The position numbers and the translations under genes are program-made. 39,664 bases of DNA from Solobacterium sp. UBA3691 (GTDB lineage Bacteria > Bacillota_I > Bacilli_A > Erysipelotrichales > Erysipelotrichaceae), in the NCBI GenBank assembly GCA_002372175.1, contig DFIS01000080.1:1-39664 (forward strand), given 5' to 3'. Under the pieces are notes generated by a model. It saw only the letters and a list, made by a program, of their open reading frames with translations, was not told the origin of the DNA and did not search any database. Positions 27,254 through 36,654 of this stretch are shown here, in pieces (positions within the stretch are counted from its first letter, which is position 1; every line of letters starts with the position of its first letter).

Positions 27254-27287
27254 TAAAAATGCCACCCTGAGATAGCATTTGAATGTA

Positions 27288-27791
27288 TTAATCCTTTCCG
27301 AACCGTTTCCTCATCAAGGGCTTGATACCGCCTGCTTCAAGGATCATCTTCTGCTGTTCACCAAGCGGATCACAGGGCAGTACTTCACCCGTTTCCTGTA
27401 CCGTGACTGTACCCGCATCGAGATCCAGTGTCAATGTCATACCCGTCTCCACCTTCTCACTGATCCCGTGACAGACGATCGGCAAAAGTCCGAGATTGAC
27501 CGCATTCCTGTAGAAGATACGCGCAAACGAATCTGCCAGGACAGCTTTCGCACCCATCGCCAGCAAAGCGATCGGCGCATGTTCACGGCTGGATCCACAG
27601 CCGAAGTTCCTGCCTGCCGCAATGAAACCGCCCCGGGGCAAGTTCTTTGAGAAGTCAGTGCTGATCCCTTCCATACAGTGACTGCCGATCTCCTGCGGAT
27701 CGGTCAGCGCCAGGTATGCCCCGGGATAGATCTGATCTGTGTCGATATTATTGCCGACAACGGTAACCTTACCGGTGATCTTCGTTTCCAT
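27288..27791 (-). CDS. leuD: Aconitase-family dehydratase small subunit (3-isopropylmalate dehydratase LeuD-like)
   Basis: I placed the start at the second ATG (27791), 6-7 nt after AGGAGGA. The motifs GKVTVVGNNIDTDQIYPG and GRNFGCGSSREHA are LeuD/swivel-domain signatures. Confidence 0.8.
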   Translation of the reverse strand: METKITGKVTVVGNNIDTDQIYPGAYLALTDPQEIGSHCMEGISTDFSKNLPRGGFIAAGRNFGCGSSREHAPIALLAMGAKAVLADSFARIFYRNAVNLGLLPIVCHGISEKVETGMTLTLDLDAGTVTVQETGEVLPCDPLGEQQKMILEAGGIKPLMRKRFGKD

Positions 27792-27802
27792 GTCCATTCC
27801 TC

Positions 27803-29062
27803 CTAAAGATATTCACGGGGATCGGTGATCTTCCCGCTGATCATACTTGCGGCAACCGCAGCCGGACTGGCCAGATACAGCTTCGCTTCCTTGGAACCCA
27901 TACGTCCCGGGAAATTCCTGTTTGTACTGGTAATGCAGGTCTCCCCCGGCGCAATGATACCGCCGTGCACACCAAGACAGGCAGCACATCCAGGTGCCAT
28001 GATCGTTGCCCCGGCATCCATCAGATCCTGGATATACCCAAGCCTGATGCACTCCTGCATGACCTCTGCCGAAGCCGGCACGATGACAAGACGTGTATAC
28101 TTCGCAATATGTCTGTCCTTAAGGATCTTTGCGGCAACCGCGATATCCTCGACTCTTCCGCCCGTGCAGGAACCGATGTAACCCTGATCGAGGAACACAT
28201 CGCCCTGTGCCACTACACTTTCCAGCGAATGGACATTTTCAACACTGCTCGGGCAGGACAACTGCGGAGACAGCTCTGCCACGTTGAACACATAGCTCTC
28301 GGCATATGCATAACCGGGATCGGTATACTGCACCTCAAACGGTCTGACCGCACGCTTTGATACATATTCGAGGACTTCCTTGTTCGGCTGCATATACGCT
28401 GTCTTGGCACCCATCTCCACAGCCATGTTGCAGATGACCATGCGTCCTGCCACACCCAGCTCTTCAACATAGCTGCCGGTAAAGTCGATCGCCTTGTATA
28501 CGGCACCGTCGGCTCTGATCTTACCCAGAACAGCCAGGATCACATCCTTCGGGAATACCCCGGCAGGTGCCTTGCCTTCCAGTCTTACCTCAATGATCTC
28601 CGGCACCCTGAACCAGAGCTCACCGGTCATCAGGATCGTAGCCATGTCGGTCGCTCCGCAGCCTGTGCCAAGAGCCCCGAATGCACCATGTGTCGTCGTA
28701 TGACTGTCCGTTGCCACAACGATCATTCCGGGATAGATGACACCGGCTTCCGGCATCACCTGATGGCATACACCGCAGTTGGTGTCGAAGTGAAAGCGCA
28801 GGTTGTTCTTCTTTGCGAACTCACGCATCTCCTTATGGTTTGAAGCACTCTTCACATCCGGACACGGAGCATAGTGATCAAACACAAACGCACAGCGTTC
28901 ATTATCCCAGACACGTTCACCGCCCATCTCGTAGAATGAATAAACAGTCTGCAGGTACAGGTCGTTGATCTCCGCAAAATCGATCTTCGCGGTAATGATC
29001 TCCCCGGCTTTTACGGTCTCTCTGCCGCTGTTCTTAGCCAGGATCTTCTCCAAAGCGTGCAT
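27803..29062 (-). CDS. leuC: Aconitase-family dehydratase large subunit (3-isopropylmalate dehydratase LeuC-like, ~420-aa type)
   Basis: I placed the start at the ATG at 29062 (AAGGAGGA RBS). The Fe-S cluster Cys contexts are GSCTGGR and APGCAACLG, and VATDSHTTTHGA is also present. Confidence 0.8.
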   Translation of the reverse strand: MHALEKILAKNSGRETVKAGEIITAKIDFAEINDLYLQTVYSFYEMGGERVWDNERCAFVFDHYAPCPDVKSASNHKEMREFAKKNNLRFHFDTNCGVCHQVMPEAGVIYPGMIVVATDSHTTTHGAFGALGTGCGATDMATILMTGELWFRVPEIIEVRLEGKAPAGVFPKDVILAVLGKIRADGAVYKAIDFTGSYVEELGVAGRMVICNMAVEMGAKTAYMQPNKEVLEYVSKRAVRPFEVQYTDPGYAYAESYVFNVAELSPQLSCPSSVENVHSLESVVAQGDVFLDQGYIGSCTGGRVEDIAVAAKILKDRHIAKYTRLVIVPASAEVMQECIRLGYIQDLMDAGATIMAPGCAACLGVHGGIIAPGETCITSTNRNFPGRMGSKEAKLYLASPAAVAASMISGKITDPREYL

Positions 29063-29079
29063 GTTGTCCTCCTTTTTGC

Positions 29080-29174
29080 ATATTGTATACAATATACGAT
29101 TTACAAGGATAATCTAACACCAGGTTTTGCGTGTGTCAATATCATGTATAATATATTCTGTATACGATATACAG
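29080..29174. promoter_or_regulatory. Two palindromic TGTATAC-core boxes; candidate GntR/FCD operators in the divergent leuC-like/GntR region
   Basis: atattgtatacaatat (29080-29095) is a perfect 16-bp palindrome. ctgtatacgatatacag (29158-29174) has 7-bp inverted arms. A TATAAT hexamer lies at 29147-29152. Confidence 0.5.
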
Positions 29175-29181
29175 GAGATGT

Positions 29182-29823
29182 ATGATGGAACCTTTTGAAG
29201 TGATGCCTGTCAGAGTCCGGCTGACAGCTGTATTAAAGAAAGCGATCTATACCGGTGAGATCAAAAGCGGACAGGAGCTGAGCCTGACGGATATTGCCGA
29301 AAAGACCGGTGTCAGCCGCACACCTGTACGTGAAGCCTTCCAGGCCCTGGCTGCCGAAGGACTGATCACCCTGCGTATGAACAAGGGTGCGATCGTCAAC
29401 CCGATCGATGCCGGCTTCATCCGTGATCACTACGAACTGCGGGCACTGCTGGAGGCTGACAGCGCTGCCAGAGCCGCCGGACAGAAACCGGATGTATCCG
29501 CCCTGCTGGAACGCCTGCAGACAATGCGTGAACATACCGATACTGTTTCTGCTGAAGATTATGAGAAACTGAACCAGGATATCCACATGACGCTCTGGAA
29601 CGTATCCGGAAACAAGCGCATCAAGACCCTGCTCATGGATCTCTGGAACGGTCCGAGCACCGGTGAGACTGCGGAGGAAAAACGGCAGCACTACGCTGAA
29701 TCTACCGCTGAACACATCGAGATCCTCGAAGCTGTACAGCGCGGAGACAGCGAAACAGCCGGAAAGGTAATGAAAAAACACATCCTGCGCAGTATGCAGA
29801 ATATCCTGAAGTATTATCAGTAG
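29182..29823 (+). CDS. GntR family transcriptional regulator, FCD subfamily (paralogue of 20341..20985)
   Basis: The HTH is IAEKTGVSRTPVREAFQALAAEGLI. The C-terminal helical FCD-like domain shows detectable similarity to the other GntR (FIRDHYELRALLE vs FLRDHFAVRALME). The start may be the second ATG at 29185. Confidence 0.85.
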   Translation: MMEPFEVMPVRVRLTAVLKKAIYTGEIKSGQELSLTDIAEKTGVSRTPVREAFQALAAEGLITLRMNKGAIVNPIDAGFIRDHYELRALLEADSAARAAGQKPDVSALLERLQTMREHTDTVSAEDYEKLNQDIHMTLWNVSGNKRIKTLLMDLWNGPSTGETAEEKRQHYAESTAEHIEILEAVQRGDSETAGKVMKKHILRSMQNILKYYQ

Positions 29824-29830
29824 AAAGCGT

Positions 29831-30724
29831 ATGAAAGATCTACTGCATAAATATCGGAAACTGCTGCTGACTTCAGCCATCCTTATCATTACCATTGCCG
29901 TAGTTTTTGTGCTGAATTACCGAAACAAACCAGTCACATATTCATGGGATGAAAAAGAAAAAGATAATCATCTCAGCAGGAAGATCACAACGGCGATCAA
30001 TGTTTATACAGACGGCAAAGCACAGGAAGTGTTTCATGAAAGCGGAACGCTGGAAGGAATCCCGTATGACATACTGAGAGTCACCCCTTCTGAACATACA
30101 TTTCTGCAGGTCGATTATTCAGAGGTTCCAAAGCCGCTGAGCGAACTGGCTGATGAAGAAACGACGGCGGCAGGATATGCGTATGCAGGAGGAATCAACG
30201 GAGGATTTTTCCAGCTGACCGGAAAAGAATACGGCAGACCCGTCGGGGCAGTCCGCAGAAAAAACAACTGGACGAAATGGCAGGGTGAGGATAATACACC
30301 TGCTTACGGCAGCGGTTTTGCCACAGTATACTTTACCGGTGACACGATGCGTCTGAAGTATCACGGTTGGCAGAACGGTATCTGGATCGGAGACGAAGAC
30401 TGGACATACGAATCCGGTTATGCGATCGATGCCGAAAACGCTCTTTCAGGGTCGTATACATATATCGCTGACGGAGAGGTAAAGGATATTACCGGAGACG
30501 ATCACGGCAGTATCGATTACCGTACATTCGGCAGAGCCGCCACAATATTTGCCCAGAATACGCAGCACGAATACTTGCTGATCACGATTTTCGGGGTAGT
30601 TGACGATACGAAGATCCTGGAATTTCTCCAATCACAGAATACCGTGAATGCACTGCGCATGGACGGCGGTATTTCAACGCAGATGGTATATATCCGGAAA
30701 TATGTCACCGAAGTCAAATCATAG
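29831..30724 (+). CDS. Membrane-anchored phosphodiester glycosidase-like (DUF2233) protein
   Basis: 297-aa ORF with an N-terminal TM helix. The C-terminal ALRMDGGISTQM resembles the LDGGGS motif of the family. It lies 8 nt downstream of the GntR stop. Confidence 0.5.
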   Translation: MKDLLHKYRKLLLTSAILIITIAVVFVLNYRNKPVTYSWDEKEKDNHLSRKITTAINVYTDGKAQEVFHESGTLEGIPYDILRVTPSEHTFLQVDYSEVPKPLSELADEETTAAGYAYAGGINGGFFQLTGKEYGRPVGAVRRKNNWTKWQGEDNTPAYGSGFATVYFTGDTMRLKYHGWQNGIWIGDEDWTYESGYAIDAENALSGSYTYIADGEVKDITGDDHGSIDYRTFGRAATIFAQNTQHEYLLITIFGVVDDTKILEFLQSQNTVNALRMDGGISTQMVYIRKYVTEVKS

Positions 30725-30735
30725 TACTGTGCAGA

Positions 30736-30782
30736 AAAGGACTGCTCAGATCCAGCCTGCGGCTGTTTCTCAGCAGTCCTTT
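30736..30782. terminator. Bidirectional terminator between convergent genes
   Basis: aaaggactgctcaga (30736-30750) pairs with tctcagcagtccttt (30768-30782) at 14/15, with A/T-rich flanks. Confidence 0.65.
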
Positions 30783-30789
30783 ATATAGA

Positions 30790-32151
30790 TCAGATATGTG
30801 CAGTTTCACCATCCGGGGGAAACTTCCGGTATACCGTCAGATACATCGCCAGCGCACAGGCACTGCCGCCGATCAGGTTGGAGATCGCCTCCGCCCAGTA
30901 TACACCGTTGACCCCGAAGCCCATCCTCGGCAGAAGAATCGTTAACGGCACAACGATAATGACCTTTCTGAACAGCGAGAAGAATACCGCTCTTTTCGTA
31001 CACCGCAGAGCCGTAAATGTCGACTGTCCCGCACTCTGTCCGGCCATGAACGCAAATGCAAAGAAGTAGATCTTCAGGGATTCCGTACCGACTCTGATCA
31101 TCTCTTCATCACTGGTGAAGATACCCATCAGCGCATGCGGGATCACCAGTACCGCGATCCAGGCAATGATCATATACAGCAGACCGGCAAATGACATGAA
31201 CCGGATACCCTCTTTGATACGTGTATACTTTCTGGCGCCGAAATTGAACGACAGCACAGGCTGAGCACCCTGGGTGATACATCCGCCCGGCAGCGAGAGG
31301 ATCTCACGCACACTGTTGATGACAGTCATCACACCAACGTAGATATCACCGCCGTATGTACGCAGCGTAACATTGCACAGAATATTGACCAGCGTATTGG
31401 TTCCCTGCATGACAAAGCCCGCAAAGCCAAGCGGAACGATCTCCTTCAGAAGAGAGATATCCGGTTTCATATACGCTCTGCGGATATGATACGGCGCATT
31501 CTTCTTCAGGAAGAACGAAACCGCCCAGACACAGGAAACGACCTGACTGATCACGGTCGCAAGCGCAGCACCGACAACGCCCATATTCATGACATAGATG
31601 AATACCGGGTCAAGAACCAGGTTGATCGCCGCCCCGATAAAGATCGTTAACATACCGATACGGGGATACCCGGAAGCATTGATAAACCCGTTCAGACCTG
31701 TCGACAGCATCGCTGCCGTCGTGCCCCAGATATATACACGCAGATAATCATCCGCATACGGATAGGTCACATCACTGGCCCCGAACAGATACAGGATATC
31801 CTTTTTCCAGATCAGGGAGACAATAAGCAGCACAAACGAAGTCCACACCAGCATGCCTGCCACCTGACCAAGCACACGCTCTGCCTTTGCCTCGTTCTCC
31901 TCACCGCGGGCAATTGCGAATAACGGTGCACCGCCGGCCGCAAACAGACTCGTAAATGCCCCGACCAGTGTTGTGATCGGAAAGGCCAGTCCGATACCGG
32001 TCAGAGCCAGTGAACCCGTCCCCGGCAGATGACCGATGTAGATCCTGTCCACCACGTTATACAGCAGGTGTACCAGCTGTGCGAGCAGCAGCGGGATCGC
32101 CTGCGACATGATCACTTTCCAGATCTTACCTTTGCCAAAATCATTTTTCAT
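30790..32151 (-). CDS. MATE family efflux transporter
   Basis: 453-aa polytopic ORF with a MATE-type N-terminus (IPLLLAQLVHLLYNVVDRIYIGHL). Confidence 0.9.
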   Translation of the reverse strand: MKNDFGKGKIWKVIMSQAIPLLLAQLVHLLYNVVDRIYIGHLPGTGSLALTGIGLAFPITTLVGAFTSLFAAGGAPLFAIARGEENEAKAERVLGQVAGMLVWTSFVLLIVSLIWKKDILYLFGASDVTYPYADDYLRVYIWGTTAAMLSTGLNGFINASGYPRIGMLTIFIGAAINLVLDPVFIYVMNMGVVGAALATVISQVVSCVWAVSFFLKKNAPYHIRRAYMKPDISLLKEIVPLGFAGFVMQGTNTLVNILCNVTLRTYGGDIYVGVMTVINSVREILSLPGGCITQGAQPVLSFNFGARKYTRIKEGIRFMSFAGLLYMIIAWIAVLVIPHALMGIFTSDEEMIRVGTESLKIYFFAFAFMAGQSAGQSTFTALRCTKRAVFFSLFRKVIIVVPLTILLPRMGFGVNGVYWAEAISNLIGGSACALAMYLTVYRKFPPDGETAHI

Positions 32152-32173
32152 ACAGCGTCTATCTTACCATACC

Positions 32174-32198
32174 AAAAACTGCGTGATAAACACGCAGT
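32174..32198 (-). terminator. Rho-independent terminator after the GH32/lactonase pair
   Basis: actgcgtg-ataaa-cacgcagt forms a perfect 8-bp stem and is followed on the minus strand by TTTTT. Confidence 0.7.
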
Positions 32199-32204
32199 CC
32201 TGTC

Positions 32205-33089
32205 TTATCTTGTCAAAATACTTACACATCCCGGTATATGCACACGTGAAAGTATCTCCTGAGGAAGATGATCTTCCCCGATCCTCTGCACATGCAGCTC
32301 ATCACTGTACCGGTTTGCCGTAAAAAGATACCCATCCTGAATAAAGATATCCCGGGGATGGTCACCTTCCGCAGATACCGAACCAGTTACCTGCAGGTCT
32401 TCCGCACGCACACAGAAGATCCTGTTCGTCTCCCGCACCGAGATATACAGATGATCCTCATACAGCCTGACGGCCGCCGGCGCCCCGCCGAGCACGACCG
32501 AATGCAGGATCCTGTGCTCCTTCAGCGATACCGCGTAAAGCTCGCCGCTCAGCTCTGTCGCAATATACAGGATATCCCCGATGATCACACCGTGTCTCGG
32601 CCCGCTGCCCTTCGGAAGGACGATCTCATCACACATGCGCAGATCCCGGTCAAGGATAACGACCCTGTCCTGCACAAGTGAGGGCACCAGCAGATGCTCA
32701 CCATACGGGATCACCTGGTGACAGCCAGCCCCGTCCCCGATCAGCACCCGGTTACGCAGTGAGAGACTGCCATCTTCACAAACGATATCACTGACGGTAC
32801 CGGCATGATAATTCGCTGTATACAGGTGATCCCCCTCCCTGCAGATATAACAGGAAGGTTCATGTTCAAAGATCACCTTGGCGGACAAGGTTCCGTCTGA
32901 CGCATACGCAAAGACCCCGCAGCCTTCGTCACCCCTGCCGACCGCAAAGATCCCTTCACCTGTACAGAGATACTTGGGATCCCTGATCCCGGCGAATACC
33001 TGTACATCCGACAATTTCCCGTCTCTGCACTCTGCCGTGTAGATACCCTGACTGCCCCGTTCCGCGTAGGTCCCGATATACAGTTTCAT
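32205..33089 (-). CDS. Lactonase-family beta-propeller protein (6-phosphogluconolactonase-like)
   Basis: 294-aa ORF. The N-terminus MKLYIGTYAERGSQGIY and the repeated blade-like segments are typical of the 7-bladed lactonase family. It is shorter than the usual ~340 aa. Confidence 0.55.
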   Translation of the reverse strand: MKLYIGTYAERGSQGIYTAECRDGKLSDVQVFAGIRDPKYLCTGEGIFAVGRGDEGCGVFAYASDGTLSAKVIFEHEPSCYICREGDHLYTANYHAGTVSDIVCEDGSLSLRNRVLIGDGAGCHQVIPYGEHLLVPSLVQDRVVILDRDLRMCDEIVLPKGSGPRHGVIIGDILYIATELSGELYAVSLKEHRILHSVVLGGAPAAVRLYEDHLYISVRETNRIFCVRAEDLQVTGSVSAEGDHPRDIFIQDGYLFTANRYSDELHVQRIGEDHLPQEILSRVHIPGCVSILTR

Positions 33090-33091
33090 AC

Positions 33092-34546
33092 TTATATAAC
33101 GAAATCGTCAGTCACGGCAGGCTTCATCGTGTAGATCTTCACTTGCGCATCCGCATTCACTCTGTAGTTATGTTCGACATCGGTCGGATAGACATGTGCT
33201 GTAAAGGTCTGTTCACCGCCGTTGATGAAGATCTCTGCCGAGCAGTGATCGATAAAGATACGCATATCTTCAAGCTCTCTGTCCAGCGGTACTTCCAGCA
33301 CTTCCCCGATCTCCTTGTTAAAGCTGAGCTCCATGCCTGACTTATCCACGGTCAGTACTTTCTTTTCCGGATCCGCGGTGATGCGCAGACCGCCGTTTCC
33401 TTCCAGATCCGCAAACAGGGACAGATCACAGGCTTCCTCGCCGAATCTGATCAGGATCTCACAGGCATCCGGCAGGCTGCTGTCACCGGGGATCTCCTCC
33501 TCCCGCAGCTCAGCGATCTTTCTGACCGGTTCCTGGATCAGCCTGCCATCCTTCAGTGACAGTACTCTCGGGATCGTCATACTGCCTTCCCAGTCGATCT
33601 CCGCTGTCGGATAGTGATTGTCCGGAAGTCCGATCCAGGCGATCACAGCCGCATGGTCTTCATCAAGATTACTGCCGGCAGCCTGTGCCGCATAGAAATC
33701 AAAGCCGTAATCAAGATATCTGTATCCGGTCTCCGGCGTGAATGTCAGTGTATCATAGTCCATCGTACCGATGATATAGACCGTATGGTTGGTGCTCTCT
33801 GCTCTGCCCGGAAGCTTCGTATACTGCGGCGAGAAGATCAGCACATCCTTACCGCTGAGCCTGATGACCGAAGGACACTCCCACATACCGCCGAAGTCTT
33901 CATAGCCCGGTATCTTCAGCTCTCCCGCAAACGTCCATCCTGTAAGCAGTTCATCGGAAACATAGACCAGTACAGCACCATGTTTCTCTGCTGTCTGGGC
34001 ACCGATGAAGATATAGTACTTCTGTTTCTCTTCATTCCATACAAGCTTGGGATCCCGCTGATGTTCCGTATATCCCGACATCGGTCCAAACAGAGGCTCC
34101 GTAAGCTTGACCGGCTTACCGTCCTTCATCTCTGCTGCACATGTATACGGTGTCCGGATCCACTCCTCATCCCGGTGATTGCCTGTATAGAAGATATACA
34201 TCTCACCATCTTTGACAAAAGCACTGCCGGAATGCACACCATGACTGTCATAGAACGTATCCGGCTTCAGACCGATCCCTTCGTTCTTCCAGTGCACCAG
34301 ATCCCGGGAACTGACATGGTACCAGTATTTCAGCCCGTGTACAGCACCCCATGGACACCACTGGTAGAACAGATGCCACGTATCCCCAAGCTTGGCAAAA
34401 CCGTTGGGATCACTGGACAGACCTGTCACCGGCTGGACATGAAAGATCTGTCTGTACTTGGTACCGGCTATTTTGTCATAAATCTCACGGATCTCTTCAG
34501 GATCCTGCAGAACACGATAGCGTTCTTCTCTTGTCCACTCTCTCAT
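33092..34546 (-). CDS. Glycoside hydrolase family 32 (sucrose-6-phosphate hydrolase / beta-fructofuranosidase)
   Basis: The GH32 motifs are HVQPVTGLSSDPNG (NDPNG-like nucleophile block), FYQW, RDP and MWECPS. I placed the start at the ATG at 34546 after GGAGG. Confidence 0.85.
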   Translation of the reverse strand: MREWTREERYRVLQDPEEIREIYDKIAGTKYRQIFHVQPVTGLSSDPNGFAKLGDTWHLFYQWCPWGAVHGLKYWYHVSSRDLVHWKNEGIGLKPDTFYDSHGVHSGSAFVKDGEMYIFYTGNHRDEEWIRTPYTCAAEMKDGKPVKLTEPLFGPMSGYTEHQRDPKLVWNEEKQKYYIFIGAQTAEKHGAVLVYVSDELLTGWTFAGELKIPGYEDFGGMWECPSVIRLSGKDVLIFSPQYTKLPGRAESTNHTVYIIGTMDYDTLTFTPETGYRYLDYGFDFYAAQAAGSNLDEDHAAVIAWIGLPDNHYPTAEIDWEGSMTIPRVLSLKDGRLIQEPVRKIAELREEEIPGDSSLPDACEILIRFGEEACDLSLFADLEGNGGLRITADPEKKVLTVDKSGMELSFNKEIGEVLEVPLDRELEDMRIFIDHCSAEIFINGGEQTFTAHVYPTDVEHNYRVNADAQVKIYTMKPAVTDDFVI

Positions 34547-34594
34547 CATCCACCTCCGAACAAAAAGACCCGGCATACACCGGATCAGACAGTA

Positions 34595-35068
34595 TTAAAG
34601 AATATCGATAACTTCCCCGATAAACATCGTATGGGGAGCTTCTTCCGTATAGTAGCGGTCTCTTGCAAAATCCGGTATCGCATCGATATCCAGATCCTGG
34701 GTGTAGATCTTCCGGCACAGCAGTGTCGTCTTCGCTTCCCTGAATGTTACCGCATTCTCGAGATATACCGGTGTAAACCCTGTCTCTTTTACCTTATCGG
34801 TATCTCTGCCAGATTTCGACCCAAAGACACCCAGGGCCTTCCTGTACTGCTCATCATAAAAGCTGACCGTGAAGTAATCATTCTCCTTCAGGAAGTTCCA
34901 GGTATATCTGACCGGCTTGACATAGACTGTCGCCACAGGCTTTCCCCACAGCGTGCCAAGACCGCCCCAGGAGACCGTCATCGCATTGCATGACTCCTTC
35001 GTACCGGCCGTAACCAGTGCCCATTCCCGATCAAATACCTCAAAGCTCTTCGCGTTAAACTCTTTCAT
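34595..35068 (-). CDS. Flavin reductase-like (FMN-binding split-barrel) protein
   Basis: 157-aa ORF. The N-terminal half (REWALVTAG...NAMTVSWGGLGTLWGKPV) is typical of the flavin reductase-like domain family. Confidence 0.6.
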   Translation of the reverse strand: MKEFNAKSFEVFDREWALVTAGTKESCNAMTVSWGGLGTLWGKPVATVYVKPVRYTWNFLKENDYFTVSFYDEQYRKALGVFGSKSGRDTDKVKETGFTPVYLENAVTFREAKTTLLCRKIYTQDLDIDAIPDFARDRYYTEEAPHTMFIGEVIDIL

Positions 35069-35075
35069 ATTCCTC

Positions 35076-35792
35076 CTAGTACATCGCTCTGTCCCGGCGT
35101 GATCCTCTGCGGATCAGTCCGCTCATGGTCAGATACATCACAGCAATAAACAGCCAGAAGACGATCATCGCCGTATCCGTGCCAATCATTGCGGCCGCAT
35201 CGTAGATCCCGTGGAAAGCCGCTGCCGAAGTCCAGGCCAGCAGAAGATGCCGGAAGCACTTCCGCTCATCGCCCCAGATATCCGCCAGCTTTGCCTGACC
35301 GTAGAAATACCCCATCAGCACCGCAAACGCCGTATGCCCGGGAATTGCCAGCACCGCCCGAAGACCCGCAACCTGCAGACCGTACTCATAGACGTAGAAG
35401 ATATTCTCAAAAGCCGCAAAGCCCAGTGACACAAAGACAGCGTAGACTACACCATCGTAGAGATAATTGAACGCAGGATGATTCCACGTATACTTCTTCA
35501 GGAAGAAGAACTTGCATCCCTCTTCGATCATACCGGTAGTAATACCGATCAGCGCAAAGCAGACCTCCTCACTCTGTATATCCGCCATCGGCAGGATCAC
35601 ATTGCCGACAAACTGCTCCAGTAACGCGGCCGGAAAACAGGACACAACGCCAAGCACCAGCAGTCTGCCCAGCAGAGGCAGAGGCTCCTTCTCATGTTTA
35701 TCGGAACGGTAGATACTGATCATCAGGATGACCGCAGGGATCACCGCCGCAGCGATCAGCAGCGCACTCTCTCGAAACATCGGCAGAAACAT
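35076..35792 (-). CDS. prsW: PrsW family intramembrane metalloprotease
   Basis: 238-aa polytopic ORF with the PrsW motifs EEGCKFF, FAAFENIFY, HTAFAVLMG and HGIYD. Confidence 0.8.
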   Translation of the reverse strand: MFLPMFRESALLIAAAVIPAVILMISIYRSDKHEKEPLPLLGRLLVLGVVSCFPAALLEQFVGNVILPMADIQSEEVCFALIGITTGMIEEGCKFFFLKKYTWNHPAFNYLYDGVVYAVFVSLGFAAFENIFYVYEYGLQVAGLRAVLAIPGHTAFAVLMGYFYGQAKLADIWGDERKCFRHLLLAWTSAAAFHGIYDAAAMIGTDTAMIVFWLFIAVMYLTMSGLIRRGSRRDRAMY

Positions 35793-35799
35793 AACTCAC

Positions 35800-36654
35800 C
35801 TAACTGCACTTCTCGTGCACAAGATCATAGATCTTATTCTTGGATATCCCTGTCTTCTTCGCTGTCTCACGGATCGCCTCCGAGCGCGAGATTCCCTGTT
35901 CGACATACTCTTCGACCATATGCATGATCTCTCCGTAATCGATATCCTTCTCATAATCATCATGATTGCCTTCCACGACAATGACCATCTCCCCCTTCAG
36001 CGTATCCGTTTCCTTACGGATCTCACTGATCTTACCGCGGATAAACTCCTCGTGGACCTTGGTCATTTCCCTGGCAATACATATTCTTCTGTCCCCGAGC
36101 ACATCCTGCAGGCATTCCAGCATCCTGCTGATCCTGTGCGGTGCTTCATAGAAGACCATCGTCATCGGATAGCTCCGGTACTCCCGCAGTTTCTTCCGGC
36201 ACTCTCCGGCAGAGCTGGGCAGGAAACCGACAAACAGGAACGGCTGGGCAGGCAGACCGCTGGCAACCAACGCATTCAGCACAGCACTGCTTCCCGAGAC
36301 AGGAACGACATTGTATCCGGCAGCGGAGGCTTCCATGACCACACGCTGTCCCGGATCGCTGATCAGCGGATATCCTGCATCACTGATCAGGGCAACATTC
36401 TGCCCCTGTGACAAGAGATGCACGATACCCCTGGCACTTGGCTCTTCGTTGAAATTCTGGTAGGAGATCAGTCTGGCATGAATATCAAAATGCTTGAGCA
36501 GCACACCCGAAGTCCGTGTATCCTCACAGGCGATCACATCCACCTTCTTCAGGATATCCACAGCTCTCGGTGTCAGCTCATCCAGATTGCCGATCGGTGT
36601 CGCCACCAGATACAGCGTTGGCATATCATTTTCAAAACTCTTCTGCCGTATCAT
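35800..36654 (-). CDS. rsmI: 16S rRNA (cytidine1402-2'-O)-methyltransferase
   Basis: 284-aa ORF containing LYLVATPIGNLDELTPRAVDILKKVDVIACEDTRTSGVLL. It has an ATGA overlap with the upstream gene. Confidence 0.9.
   Translation of the reverse strand: MIRQKSFENDMPTLYLVATPIGNLDELTPRAVDILKKVDVIACEDTRTSGVLLKHFDIHARLISYQNFNEEPSARGIVHLLSQGQNVALISDAGYPLISDPGQRVVMEASAAGYNVVPVSGSSAVLNALVASGLPAQPFLFVGFLPSSAGECRKKLREYRSYPMTMVFYEAPHRISRMLECLQDVLGDRRICIAREMTKVHEEFIRGKISEIRKETDTLKGEMVIVVEGNHDDYEKDIDYGEIMHMVEEYVEQGISRSEAIRETAKKTGISKNKIYDLVHEKCS

Noticed and set aside
33614-34993. 459-aa plus-strand ORF, the longest unexplained ORF in the track
   Set aside because: It lies entirely antisense to the well-supported GH32 and flavin reductase genes. 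Its translation is R/H/C/I-rich low-complexity with no recognisable motif and it has no RBS. This is a typical shadow ORF of a GC-richer coding region.
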